Below are positions 1 to 15,029 of a DNA stretch of 64,000 nt, piece by piece (positions within the stretch are counted from its first letter, which is position 1; the number at the start of each line of letters is the position of its first letter). This stretch comes from Eledone cirrhosa (taxonomy: Eukaryota). The position numbers and the translations under genes were made by a program. The DNA is taken from the NCBI GenBank assembly GCA_964016885.1, contig OZ024742.1:257052001-257116000 (forward strand). The letters run 5' to 3'. The notes below the pieces were generated by a model, which saw nothing but the letters and a program-made list of their open reading frames with translations, had not been told where the DNA came from and searched no databases.

Positions 1-1880
1 TCAATTTAGATCAGTCAAAGGCTTTCGATAGGGTCGAGCATCGTTACCTAGCGGCAGTCCTGAGGGCGGTTGGCTTTAGGCCCGTCTTCAGAGGCTGGAT
101 CGCTGCCATGCACAGCGACATCTGCTCTGTGGTGAGAGTGAACGGTCACCTTTCGGAACCGTTCAAAATCATGCGCACGTTCCGCCAAGTATGTCCCCTC
201 TCATCCCTCTTGTACGTATTGACTCTCGAGCCATTACTGCACAAACTTGAGACGTTGATGCGGCAGATCCGTGTCAGCATATGCGGACGATGTCACCGTA
301 GTGGTGTCCAACGCCAAACACATCGAGGCGACTGGCACTACACTAAGTGAATACGAAGTGGTGACAGGAGCAATGATCAACCAGGAAAGGTCAGTGGGCC
401 TGCAGCTCGGCACCTGGAGAGGAAGGTCCATGCCGTCCAACAGCGTCGTCGGGCGCTGGACGGAAGGACCGGTTAAATTGCTAGGGGTCTGGTTCGGTCC
501 AGACCTCCAGACGGACACAAACTGGGACGAGGTGACGAGCAGGTTTGCTTCTCTCACCCAGAAATGGGCGGAGAGGAAGCTATCCCTGAAAGGTCTAGCG
601 GAGGTGGCTAACGCGTACATCGCGTCCGTCATCTACTACCACCTGTCCGTCGTATCTTGCCCTTAGCCCCTCGTGACTGCGCTGGAGCGTTTGCTCTTTC
701 GCTCTTTGTGGAAGGGACGCACTCCGATGGTTAGGCCGTCCATCTGCTTTCAACACCCGCTACGTGGCTGATGATGCCCAGGCACGCGCTCAGCTACGAT
801 ATCTCCACCTCTTCCTCGACAGAGATCAGGTGTGTCGCCGTTTGCTAGACGCGTCTTTCCCGAGCTCTTCTCCTTGACAGAGCTGCATGCAGTCCTGGGT
901 CAAGGGTAGACAGAGAGGGAGCGCTTGGAGACTGGAATGTCTTCAGGCGCTCACAGCCCTCGACCAATCGGGCAATGTGATCGGCGGAATCTCCACCTTG
1001 GCGTTCTATGGAGGATTAGTGGAGGGGAAGAGCGACGACGTACTTGGGGAAATTCATGGTGTCGACGAATATCAACTAGCCAATCTCTTCGAAAGAACTT
1101 TCGGGCCGGGGCATATGGACAACTTACAGAAACCCCTGGCCTGGCAGTGCTACCGAGGAGCTTTGCCAGTTCGTGATAAACTCTACAGGCATTGATGTGC
1201 CGTCAGCCGGGCATGTCCGAGATGCGCGCAGGGCGACGAAACCGTCCTGCACGCACTCGTCTGGTGTCCGTGCATTGATGACGTGTGGGTTAATGTCGAA
1301 CAACTGCTGTCGCGTGTAGGTCGGATCCAGCTATCAGCTGAGTCCATCGTGAGGATTACCCCGCCGCCTTCCTTTAGCCGGGAAGGGCAGGCAGTGTTTA
1401 CCTGTCTGGTGGCCATGGCGAAAGAGATAGTATGGTGGACACGTTTGAAATGGTTGAAGACGAGCACTTACCCCTTCGGTGATACCCTGATTAACTTTTT
1501 CAAATTTCCTTTGAAAAGGAAAGTCAGGGCAGAGAGGGAAGTGCTCTCTTCCCAGCATTTTGTTGAAAGATGGGTGACAGAGGCAAGAATGACCCCAGTG
1601 AATGGGCCTACTCTGAGTATGTGTCTGTATATTAAAGGTGGAAAACTGGGAGAGGGCACTTGCCCTGGTGGTCAGGGCCACTGTGGCTTTTTAATGGGCT
1701 TTCTCCACGAATGTCCCTCGGATGTCTCCCCCGTATTGGGGAATTTTTTCATTGTTATTCTTTGTTACATCCTCTGTTTTTGTTTTTTACCCGCAGAAAT
1801 ACCCATTTGTACCGTCCTGTATTCTCCTGTACTGTCCTTAATGTCTACTTTATGTAAACCCTTGTGGTTAATAAAGAAAG
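1..1880 (+). mobile_element. Tx1/L1-clade non-LTR retrotransposon, 3' part of ORF2 (RT and C-terminal cysteine-rich zinc knuckle), frameshifted
   Basis: Translations give NLDQSKAFDRVEH, RQVCPLSSLLYVLTLEPL, SAYADDVTV, VKLLGVWF and CPRCAQGDETVLHAL across several frames with stops. Ends at AATAAA (~1870) followed by (ATT)n. Confidence 0.9.
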
Positions 1881-2479
1881 CATTATTATTATTATTATTA
1901 TTATTATTTTCCTTATTATATTTAAAATTTGCACCCTACAAACACGTTTTTGCAAATGGAGAAGCCTACGCCTCTTTCGGTCCACTTAACAACACAGCAG
2001 AATGTTCATAAAATCAAAATGGCTAGTTTGAATTATTGATCAGCTTATATATTTCTTAGAGACTAGCAACACTCAAATAAACCGATCCCTTATATAAAAG
2101 GAAAATATGGCAAATATTCTTAATAGGAAAATAAAAACACCACCGGAATGAACAAAAACAACAGCTACAACAAATTATAACATCACCAACGCACACAACC
2201 ACCCCAATGCATCCACTCCAATGCAAACACATCTGATACAAGTTTTAAAGTTACACTATCACCGCCACGACAGGACCAACAGCTACAACATAACATTTCA
2301 CGACAATACCAGCCCGCAACACAACTACTACATCAACAACACCGCAAAAAAACATTTCAATTAAGCAACGACTTTCGAAGTCATAACAGCGCTAACAACA
2401 ATTCTATCGCAAACAAAAATATCACCCTCTTATTTGCAATAGCTACAACTCAAGTAGAATACTACCTGATATTCTGTTC

Positions 2480-2495
2480 CTACTACTACTACTAG

Positions 2496-2543
<48 letters not shown>

Positions 2544-2545
2544 AA
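2480..2545. repeat. (TAC)n microsatellite
   Basis: Direct read of tandem tac units. Confidence 0.95.
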
Positions 2546-2789
2546 CTACTACCGATAATTATTATTGTTATTAGTGTTGTAATTAAAAATATCTCACCAA
2601 CACGATACAACGGGATCACAAATAAAGTGGTGGTGATAGCAGTGATAAGGATAATAATGGACGTACTGGTAATATCGATGGTGGCAATGATGTTGATAAT
2701 AATAACGACAGAGATACACTTTATCCTGACAAGGGATGTTATAGAGATACGGTGTCTTAATAAACACACCAGTGTTTATTAAGACACCG

Positions 2790-2980
2790 TATCTGCCAAG
2801 AAGTGTAGCCTTTCTTTGCAGACATCGAAAAGGCATATGACCACGTCTCTCTGGACCTGCTGTGATAGGTTCTGCAGACGTATTGGGTAGATGTTTAGCT
2901 TCTTGTTACCCTAATATCTCTATGAGAATGCCCGAGTATATTTGTGTTCCGATAAATGATGATAAATCGAAACCGTGATA
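2790..2980 (+). mobile_element. Degraded RTE-type RT fragment
   Basis: FADIEKAYDHVSLDLL..VLQTY motif; resembles the fragment at 15190-15340. Confidence 0.6.
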
Positions 2981-3447
2981 TAATAGGGATATACATACTC
3001 TGGCAAAGAGGTTATATAATCTTACACAAGAATACCATACACTGCGGTATGCCAATACACACGAAATTCAAAGCGAGCCAAATGGATATTGTAGCGAAAG
3101 CCCAAAGATCTTCTAATTGAGTACTCTATGTCCCCAAACAACAAAAGATCAATCAAGGAAATCAGAAAATGATGTAACAAATTGAGAACCTTCGATACGA
3201 CCATAATTAAAATTGTAATAAACATTCTTGGGAAGAGTACGAAACAATCAAAATGTTGAAGAAATGTGCTCCAACAGGCGTGGGATTTGCTGATTCCAAT
3301 GAAAATCTCACACAAATTCTAAGATTGCTCAGTCAACTCGGAGGAAACGAAAATGCCACGTTTTTGTAAATAGGCATAAATAGACAATCTCGTCGCTCAC
3401 CTTACATAGAAAGTAGTTGTACTGTCGGTATATATTTGGTAAGTGCT

Positions 3448-3596
<149 letters not shown>

Positions 3597-3599
3597 GGA

Positions 3600-4056
3600 C
3601 ACATTGTTTCCTCAGTTCGATTTAATGAGCTCCATCCCACTCGGTAAGCGAATGGCGTCTGGAATCTGACTGAGTGGTAAAAGAATTGGACACTCAATCG
3701 TGAGATTTTGAGTTTGACCGGACGAGGCTTTATGTCCTTGGTAAGACACTTTATTTCATGTTGCTCATATATACATATATTCAAAGAGAAAGTACTAAAC
3801 TATAATATATATGTACATAAACGGAACAAAATCGCGTGCTAATGTTTTAAGCACCCGTGATTATCATATCACAATAAATTGAGCAACATTGAAATAAATT
3901 GTCTTGACCAAGGACATAACATACTGCCGGTCCATGAAACGAAATCACAAACTCACGATTGAATGTCCAATTCTTTTACCACTCAGCCAGATTCCAGACC
4001 TCATTCGCTTAACGGGTGGGATGAGGCTCATTAAATCGAACTGAGGAAAACATGTT
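3600..4056. repeat. Inverted repeat containing a tRNA-derived SINE head
   Basis: 3600-3745 (ttcctcagttcgatttaatgag...gagtggtaaaagaattggaca...aatcgtgag) is the approximate reverse complement of 3905-4056. The inner part resembles the SINE at 6864. Confidence 0.8.
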
Positions 4057-4218
4057 TTCCATTCATCGATTGCTAATACTTTCTATCGGTCGCAAATGTG
4101 TATTGGTTTATGACATAACGCATCACCAGGGAATCAAACATCACGTTTGCGAATCCAATTCTCCAACCACTCAGTCATATATGTAATACCTATCTATCTT
4201 TCTATCTATATATATATA

Positions 4219-4270
<52 letters not shown>

Positions 4271-4333
4271 CACACGTGTGTGTGTTATTTCTTTGCGCGT
4301 GCGTGTATATATATATATATATAATATATATAT

Positions 4334-4364
<31 letters not shown>

Positions 4365-4468
4365 TCTGTTGGATAAATCTATATCCTGTTTCTTTTTGAA
4401 TTGAGTTTGAATTTTTTTCCCACATCTTACGTTAACTATTTTCCAATTTTGACGCTATAGTCCCTTAT

Positions 4469-4702
4469 ACATTATGGAATAATTGTTTCTACATTTTGGC
4501 ACAAGGCCAGCAATTACCCACTGCATTACTGGTACTTTATGTTATCGACCCCGTAAGGATGAAAGGCAAAGTTAACCTCGGCAGAATTAACTTTGCCTTT
4601 CATCCTTACGGGGTCGATAAAATAAAGTACCAGTAATGCACTGGGTAATTGCTGGCCTTGTGCCAACATGTAGAAACAATTATTGAAACATTATGGAATA
4701 AT
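4469..4702. mobile_element. Fold-back (head-to-head) SINE 3' half with 15-bp target-site duplication
   Basis: About 95-bp arms (4478-4575 and 4587-4684) are near-perfect reverse complements around loop cctcggcagaa; acattatggaataat occurs at 4469-4483 and 4688-4702. Confidence 0.85.
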
Positions 4703-4733
4703 GTTGGCTTCTTGCTACAATAATTTCTATACT

Positions 4734-4937
<204 letters not shown>

Positions 4938-6084
4938 AATTATGTATGTATGTATACATATTGTAGCATTTTCATTTACCAAATCATCGGTTCTCCCCAT
5001 TGGTAAACAGCCTGATATAAATTATATATATATATATACCCTTACTTCAATTCACAGATAATTCTAGCATGTCATAATAGTAATAGTGTAATAGCTTTTA
5101 CCTATATATTAAGGAAATATTGACTCTTATCGATTTAAAAAAAATTATTTTACTATCTATGTGTCTAATAAAGTCAGTCACAAGAGGCAACATATATTGC
5201 CAATGTGTGTTATAAAGCGACAATATATTGTCTCGTTAGAAAATATTAAGGCAACCAGACAGTTTTATGTGTTGCCAAAATCATAGAAGATTAAACAAAA
5301 TCGAAGATTTTTAATGATATTTACGAATTATTGCTATTTAGAATTATACAATATTTATTTTTATCGTGACCTGAATTACACAAGATATACTTATATGTAG
5401 AGTTATGTTACATCCGTTCTGAAATTCAAAATTCGTCCTGTGTATTATGCACACTAAATATATATATTATTATAAATTAAACGTTTACGCGATCATAGAT
5501 TAAGCTGCATTTCTCTGATAATACAGAAAGTATATACAATATAGTCAATATATACAATATATAAAATACACACAATATATAAAATACAATCAATATACAC
5601 TGTATATGCAATATAAGCAACATAAACAATTTAAACAATATATACAACGCACGATCTATATGCAATATACAGAAGACACACAAATTATAATATATATGCA
5701 ACACACACAATGGAAATAATATCGTGGCCATTGAAGAACCTCATTAATAATTACTAGGCAATGTAACCGTTAATAAACGGGATCCATTAGAGATTTCAAC
5801 CTAAAACAATTTTTGTATTATTATAGATTGTTTCGCATATACACACATATGAACACATACAATTAAATTCTTACAAACATATACATTGATATATAAGCAA
5901 TAAAAACCACAAGCACCCATGTATTTCTATCTCAATATATATATATAAAAGAAATAAGATATCGCTTCAAGCATAGCGTTATACAAAAATGTATAGAAAT
6001 TTCGTATTTATGAAGAAACACGGTTTTTGGAAGCCGTAGCTATGCAAACACCGGGGATACATACATACATATATACATAAACAT

Positions 6085-6329
<245 letters not shown>

Positions 6330-6553
6330 TAAACGGAATAGAAAATGCTGACAAATTGTTCACAGTTGAAAAATGGTTTAATTAGGAATAAAAGAGTATT
6401 AGTGATTGTATGGGTTATATATATACATATATATATATATGTATATATATATTCCTTCATTGCATTTATTGATAGGTGACGCGCGTTTCGCCACTGATCA
6501 GCTCAAGGTTCGATCTATATCGATCCTTTATAACTCCTATTTACACCCACTGG

Positions 6554-6612
<59 letters not shown>

Positions 6613-6863
6613 ACGAAGGAAATGTGGTAAGGAACCTGGTTGACCATAACGCACCAAAGTACACAATACTTAGGGTAGTAGAGTGGGTAATAGGAACCAG
6701 TAGGACCCCTACGGCTGAGCTCTAGCCGTTTCGACGGCTAATTCTGGACTAAATGCGTATTAGTATTTAGTCCAGAATTAGCCGTCGTAACGGCTTGAGC
6801 TCAGCCGTCGGAGTCCTACTCGTTCCTATATATATACATATATACAGTGATATATATATAGTG

Positions 6864-6980
6864 AAGGCGTGTGGCTGAGTGGTTAGAGAATTGGATTCGC
6901 AATCGTAAGGTTGTGAGTTCGATTCCTTGACCAGGCGATGCGTTATGTCCTTGAGCAAGACACTTTATTTCACGATGCTC
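6864..6980 (+). mobile_element. tRNA-derived SINE head
   Basis: A-box-like tggctgagtggttag, B-box-like gagttcgattcc, then tgtccttgagcaagacactttatttcacg. Confidence 0.8.
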
Positions 6981-8114
6981 CTTCTACCTGGAGTTGCGAC
7001 CTATAGATAGTATTAGCAATTGGCAAGACCAACGGAAACATTGTTCCTTCAGTCCAATTTGACGAAAGTCGACGGTCTCTTCTCTCATATATATATATAT
7101 ATATATTAAAATAACAGATTAAAGTTTAAGCAAAGAATCGCTAACGGGATCTTCTGAAACTATCAAAGTCAATCTGTAAACGCAGAAGTGGATATTTAAA
7201 AAAACGTTGCAACCGGAGGAAGACAGGTTCGTGGAAACGTTCCCTGGCAAAGGACGGGAAAAAACGAATATAATACGTCATTATTAGAAGCGGTGAAAAA
7301 CAATTACGCGCCAAGATAGGACCACGTCTATGGGTTTTAAAGATAGAACCACGTCTATGGTTTTTAAAGAAGTCGTAGACTAATGTTCTCTTAGGTCGTT
7401 CATAGAGACGTTCTTTCGCAATGAACGGACAAAACGAAGATAATACGTCATATGTGGAGCGTGGAGAACAATTTCACGCAAAGACAAAACCACGTAAATG
7501 GTATAGCTGGAGTCGTAGACTAAATTCTAACTAGGAAACCGAATGAATCTCCGCTTCAGAGTTAAGAATAAAGTAAATAAATACAATACAGAGGTAATAG
7601 AAATTAAATAAATGCATACACGCATGCAAATACGTACATACACAAGCATACGCAAAACACTTGCCATAGGTATACAAAACCACGCACATATAAATATGTG
7701 TGTGTCTGTGTGTGCGTGTATACAAATAAATAAATAATTAAATAAACGTATATGAACAAATAAATACGTATATAACAAGCACACACATACCTACATGTAA
7801 ATACACAAATGTTCGGAGACGTAAGTCAAACAAAACATGAAGTACACATATACACACACCCTACATACCTACGAACCTGCATACTCACGCAGACACAAAA
7901 CTCCCGTATACACATAACCAAACCATATGTACCAGAATATATAAAAAATGTATACGCCATAACATAATCAATCAAATATACGTATGAGAAAGTATACGTA
8001 CCTTCACAAAACATACAGGTAGTATATACTTACTTATGCAAATAAGTTATGGTATAAACAAAACATATACTTAGCTACCACATCAAGACGTAAAATATCC
8101 ACGTATAGATCGTA

Positions 8115-10252
8115 CTATCCGTTAAGGTATAATGTGGGGCTGTAATACAGGAAAGTTTTGTGCAATTTATGTTTACAAGCCGAAATTGCCTCAGATTTTT
8201 TGTTTAAGATGTGTTCTGTAGCGTAGAGTATTTCCAGGGCCTCAGCGGCGCCGAGGTCACATGGTCTTTTATTTCCGTTATACGATCTAGTCCTAGCTAG
8301 GATCTCAGAGTGTAACGTATATTGGGTGTGGTTGTCTTCTAGACTCCAGATATAAGCTGAAAGTGACGTCATATTCCTTCTTAGAGGCTAACGAAAAGAA
8401 TGGGTATGCATGTAAAGACGCTGCTTGAATCTATTGGCGGTTAACCCTATGTAGGCCCTACGAGACGTGGGTGTTTCAACCTTACATTTGTAGACAATGT
8501 TACTAGAGAAGCATTTCCCGGATAGGGGGCAATCAACCCGATTCCTAGAATTAGAGTTAGTACTAACTACAGTGTTGCACGTGTTCCTATGGGTAGGTAG
8601 TTTAGCTAAATTTGAAACTGTGATCTTATGTGCAAGGGAAGTAATCGTTGAGTAAGAAATTTTAATAGTATTTCTATTAAAAATTTAACTATGTTTATGT
8701 GTAGGGGGAAAATGATTCGTAATAAGGGAAAGAAAGATCTTAGCTAATGGTGTGGCCACCTCCATATTACATGGTGGGTTATACCAACAAATGCGACGGG
8801 ACCTATTTCTTCTAGGTCTATTTTCGTACTCTGTATATACTACCTTATCGACAAATCCACTCCGAGCAAGAGCTTCATTGTAATGAGTGGAATGGTCGTT
8901 GAAAATATGCTCGTTAGTAGATAGACGGGAAAGCCTCAACGAAACATTTCTTACCAGGTTCTTGGTTATCCTAGCAGGATGGTTGGAATGCTTACTTATG
9001 TTATTAAGCGTATCATTCGGCTTTCTATACGGGTAATACAAGCCATTCGATAAATTGAGAGTAACGTCGAGCTAATTAACGACAGAGAGATTGGCCTCAA
9101 CCTGTATAGAGAGGTTGAAGCCTTTAATGAAGGCTGTGAGTTCTTTTCTGAACCTGTTGCAGGCACGAGGTCCGCACTTAGTCATGGTCAAAAGACCATC
9201 ATCACGGTACAAACCACCGCTCGCGTTGGGGAATTCGTCCTTGATAGAGAAAAGTAGGAAAAGGCCGATAAGATCAGTAACCTCCGCAGAATCGCTGGCG
9301 CCCATACTCACGTCGAATGGGGGTACTATTGGATTTTTTAATCCGAATAGAGTCGTCGAAATTAATCACCGACTTACGGGCATTGAGGATGACATCAATT
9401 TTGAAATCCTTAACCACTGTGAGTGTTTTAGCGAAATTGATAGCTCTAAGGAGAAGTGGTAAAGTGATGGAGGAGTAGTAATTGTTGATGTCGAATTGTA
9501 TAAAACGGCAATGTTCCTTGTTGCATATGCCGTTTAACCAATCAATCACCGCGAAAGAATTGTTCCACAGTGCAAGAGGGGCCAAACTTCTAATTTCAGG
9601 TATAATTCTATCAAGAATCCTTTTACAAGTCTACCTAAATCGGACTTCGTAGGGTTAATAAGCCGAATAGAGGGGTTGTTCGGACAATTGTATTTGTGAT
9701 CCTTCAGGGTAAAGGGGGAGAATTAGGGACCAGAGTTTCGGTCCGGTCTAGGGTGTTGAAATCAGAGGTGATTTTAAACCCAGCATCGGTGATTTTATTG
9801 ATGACGCACCGATTAGTTTTACGGTAATGCTTAGTTACAGCATTATGTAGTAGTTGATGGTAAGTACTGCGCTCCACTTGATATAGGTTGCCAGTTTTGT
9901 CGGAATTAGAATCCTTAATAGAGCACGGCATTAGAATCCTTAATAGAACGAATTCTATTCTTCAGGTTCTGCTGCAAGAAATTGCTCCTATTCCGAAATT
10001 TGATACTCCGTATGAGTTCCAAGTCATCATTTTCGAAGGGTAGCAATGCTGGGTTACATGGGGGGTTAGTATAGGTTTTAAACCCAACTTTATCCTGTTT
10101 GTTGTCTGCTTGTCGCGGATTATCGAAATAAAAGGCACGCCAACGCAACCTTTTAATGATCGTGTCTGTTTTCTATATCAGAAGTTTTAGGTATATTTCC
10201 TGTTTGGTACGGATATGTTCTTTGTAGAAATATTCAGATGTTGTTATTGCAT
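8115..10252 (-). pseudogene. PLE RT plus GIY-YIG ORF, frameshifted
   Basis: MRWRAFYFD, SDKTGNLY, FIQFDINNYYSSI, MGASDSAEVTDLIGLFLL, GLYRDDGL, SNHPARI, WYNPP, DCPLSGKC and TSLSAYIWSL across broken frames. Confidence 0.92.
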
Positions 10253-10752
10253 GATGAATATAAGTCAATAGAGTGCTCAACCGAGGGAGCCAAATAGTAA
10301 TAATAATAAATTTGAAGACTGAAATCCAAAGAGGGCTCGATAAGGATAAATATATATCGAATATATAAGAACCGTAGAGCAAATATTTATTAAAATAACA
10401 GATTAAAGTTTAAGCAAAGAATCGCTGCTTTCAGCCTTAACGGGATCTTATGAAACTAACAAAGTCAATCTGTAAACGTAGAAGTGGACTTTACGTGGTT
10501 TTGTCTTTGCGTGCAATTCTTCTCCACGCTCCACATATGACCTATTATCATCGTTTTTTCCGTTCATTGCTAGAGAACGTCTCTATGAACGACCTAAGAG
10601 AACATTAGTCTACGACTTCTTTTATACCATAAACGTGGTTCTGTCTTTGCGCGTAATTGTGTTTCACCGCTCCTATTACCCACTCTACTACCCTAAGTAT
10701 TGAGCACTTTGGTGCGTTATGGTCCACCTGGTACCTTACCACATTTCCTTCG

Positions 10753-11715
<963 letters not shown>

Positions 11716-11784
11716 CGTATTTATGTATATTTTTGAAGACTCGTGGATTACTGGTTAGACTGTTCGATTTCGATTCACACTCTT

Positions 11785-11945
11785 GAAGCTAGCAGTTTGC
11801 GGAAAGGGGAAAGTCAATTACATCGATCCCAGTGCGTGACTGGTACTTTATTTTATCGACCCCGTAAGGATGAAAGGCAAAGCTAACCTAGGCGGGAATT
11901 GAACTCAGAGCGTAAAGGGCTCTACCTATACTGCCAATCCATAAG
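11785..11945 (-). mobile_element. SINE, same family as 55663
   Basis: ctggtactttattttatcgaccccgtaaggatgaaaggcaaag...gaactcagagcgtaaagg is the reverse complement of the SINE core. Confidence 0.85.
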
Positions 11946-14394
11946 CCTTAATAACCTTTTCTCTCTCAGCCAACTCCAGGAGCCGCGAAGTTACAGAACA
12001 CGCCCCTGTATGTCACTTTACCGCCCTCACGAAGACGTTTGACCTGGTCAATAGAAACAGCAATAAGATGTTGATGAGGAAGTGGTGGTCACAAATGTCA
12101 AGCTATCCATACCACCACACATATTATTAGCAGACTCAGAACCCGAAACTTGCTATAGAACGTAGCCTAATAACAACGACAACAACGACAACGACATTGC
12201 GCACGGCAATCAACAACAAAAACAATCAAAATCAACTCAGAAAATAATAATAATAATAATAATATAACGACAATTTGTAAATCCCATTTACTATCATTGA
12301 AAAGGTATAAATGATAGCAGCAACAAGAAAAACAACAATATCAGTAACAGCAATATTGAAGAGTGTAATAACACAGTCACCATGGTTATAGACGGTATTC
12401 ACAAGAACAAAATAAAAATATACACCAGATTCACTAGCAACCCTACGGGACGAGAATGGTAAAGCCGGAACCAGTCTATTTGTAGATTAGACACGCTGAC
12501 CTTCACCAAAGCAAAACAAACATTATCAATCACACAACAACATAATATAAAAAAACGACAAAACAACAATCGCAGTGACACCCACACATCCACCAATTCC
12601 ATCAGCAGCAGATGCACCTCCACTACATAGACGTTTTTAAAAAAAGTAACACCTTTATCAATCTCACACTACGAAAACCAACGCACCCTATCTCATTGAT
12701 AGCTGAAACAAGCAGATCAAACAGAAGAAACAACAACAGTTATAAAACAAGCCAAAAGCCTAATAAGTAATGGCCATAGTTCTTGTGGTGCTGTACACAA
12801 TATATCATCTGGTAGATGCGAAATGTCATAAACGCTTATCTCCATAAAATGATGCAGACAAGAAATATGGAATAAAATTGCTATGGACGTTGAACTCTTG
12901 ATGAGAGCCTATTGGATGCAACTGGTGGTGAAGCCGTCGGGGAAGGCAAGTGTTTCGAGAGTAGAGCTGTTAAGAGCCCGCCGTAGGGGGTACATGCACC
13001 TAAATATCTTTATCGTGTAGCTGTAACGCAGAATGAACCACTGGTATATAACTGCAAGAAGGTAAAAAGTCGCAATGATATGGATGGTAAAATGATATGG
13101 AGCAATACGCATCATAATCCACGGCAAGCTTAGTCCTCCCCGTAGATGGTGTTGGCAGCAAATGGACCGCCTCATCATTAGAACCTGTCCCTTCAAACAT
13201 ACGTTAAGAAACAGGTGCTTCAAATTAATAATAAGTGCACAAGGTCAGGACACCAAGGCTAGGCAGTAATAGATAATGTAATTGAAGGACGCCTCCGTCA
13301 AAAGTTCGACCTTTCAGAGATAGTTTCCTCTCTCCATTTCTGGGTGAGAGGGACCACCTCTCTAGTTACGTCATCCCAGTACTCATTCATGGGGAGGTTT
13401 AGACAAAACCAGACCCCGATGAACTTCATCTGTCTTTCACAATAACTGTCATCCTGGCTATGGAGGCCATCTTTTCCTTGTTACCCTTCCTCACTAGCAC
13501 GAAAATTGATGACTGAAATTCAATGTCGTTGTATTTGCTTTGTGTGGGTATTCAGGGTCGTGTTAGTTTTTCTTGGCACTCGTGGTGGTAAGGATGGTTG
13601 AGGGTTGTTGCTGATACATTTCTAGTTTGGTTTTTTCATTTGCTGTGCACACATCAAGTGGAATAATTATGTTGGCCCAGGTCTTTTTTATTTTTCAAGT
13701 TTTGCAGCTTGCCATTCTTTCCTTGTTAAGTCCATATGGAACAGTTCCATAGTTTTCGCAGCCATCGCTTTGAACGTGCTTTTTCTCATGTTCTTATAGT
13801 TGTTGTTGTTGCTATTGTAATTTTCATTGTTGCAACTGCTGCTGTTGTTGCTATTGATGATAATGCTTCTCACGCTGTTGATGTTGTCTTTGCGGCTATT
13901 GTTGCCATTGCCATTGTTTCTCCAGCTATTGTTGTCCTCGTTGCAATTATTGCTCTTTGTTAATGTTTTATTTTGTTGCTGTTGTTAGTGGTAGTAGGGA
14001 TGTTGCCCTTGTAGTGGATGACTATAGTTGTGAGTGTAACATGGTGATAGTTATGATGTTATTGGTAATCATTAAAATCGAGTTTAACACGTTGTCTCAA
14101 AAGAACCGTTTTTATCCCTGCAAAATTTATTTGCTGATCTCTCTAAATGTGGAGATGTGTGTTTTTTGTGATTAAAATTAGTAGTATTTAGGCTAAAAGT
14201 ACTAAATATTATAGGCTCGCCTTATTTGAAGACAAGGTATGACACCCTATAAAAGTACATAACTAAATTTAAAGAGTGAAATGTTTTGAAACAAGTGAAA
14301 TATAACAAACGTATACGAGATGACTTGAACATGTTTAGCAAAGGCAAGTAATAACAATAATTTTTTTTAAATTTAGGTACAATATAATAATAAT

Positions 14395-14590
14395 GGCTTA
14401 TGATTAAAACACAAGGCCAAAAACTGGGAGGTGGGAGTCGCCTAAATTGATCCCAGTGCGTTGATGATACTTTATTTTATCGACGTAGTAAGGATGGAAG
14501 GCAAAGTTAATCTTGGCCTGTTTTAAAATCAGAACCTAAAGGCACGAATCTATATGCCACAAATCACGTTGTCCGACGCTTTACCGAGAT
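14395..14590 (-). mobile_element. SINE, diverged copy of the 55663 family
   Basis: cacaaggcca...gatcccagtgcg...actttattttatcgac...aaggatggaaggcaaagttaa. Confidence 0.75.
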
Positions 14591-15029
14591 TGTCAATCGA
14601 AATAAGTATAATAATATAAAATAATGATATTGAATTTTAAAGTCATATCTGAACATAGACAAAATAAAAGTAACCGAGAATGAGTAAACGGGTATTGAAA
14701 ATTATATATACATTTAGACAATGGACTTGTAAATATTGCAGTTAAAGTTTCCTTGGTCATATACACACCAGTCAGCAATCTGTTAAATAGTCAAATCCAT
14801 GATGACTATGCTTAATAGTGGCAACCTTTATTCGCCTCTTCATAGCTATTTCACTGAGTTGTGAGTTTTCCTGGGAGTTACAGGTGTCATACATTGTTCC
14901 ATTTTTTCTAGTAGTTTACCGCTGTTAGATCCAGGTTTCTTATTCGTCCGCAATTCGCACAATTTTATCGCAACTAGTCTTCATATCTGTTGGCCATATC
15001 GCTATCCGCCATATGTGATCCGGTACGTT

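Noticed and set aside
6864-6935. tRNA gene
   Set aside because: No complete cloverleaf; continues into SINE body sequence.
12850-13460. GC-richer stretch with short ORFs
   Set aside because: No recognisable motif in any frame.
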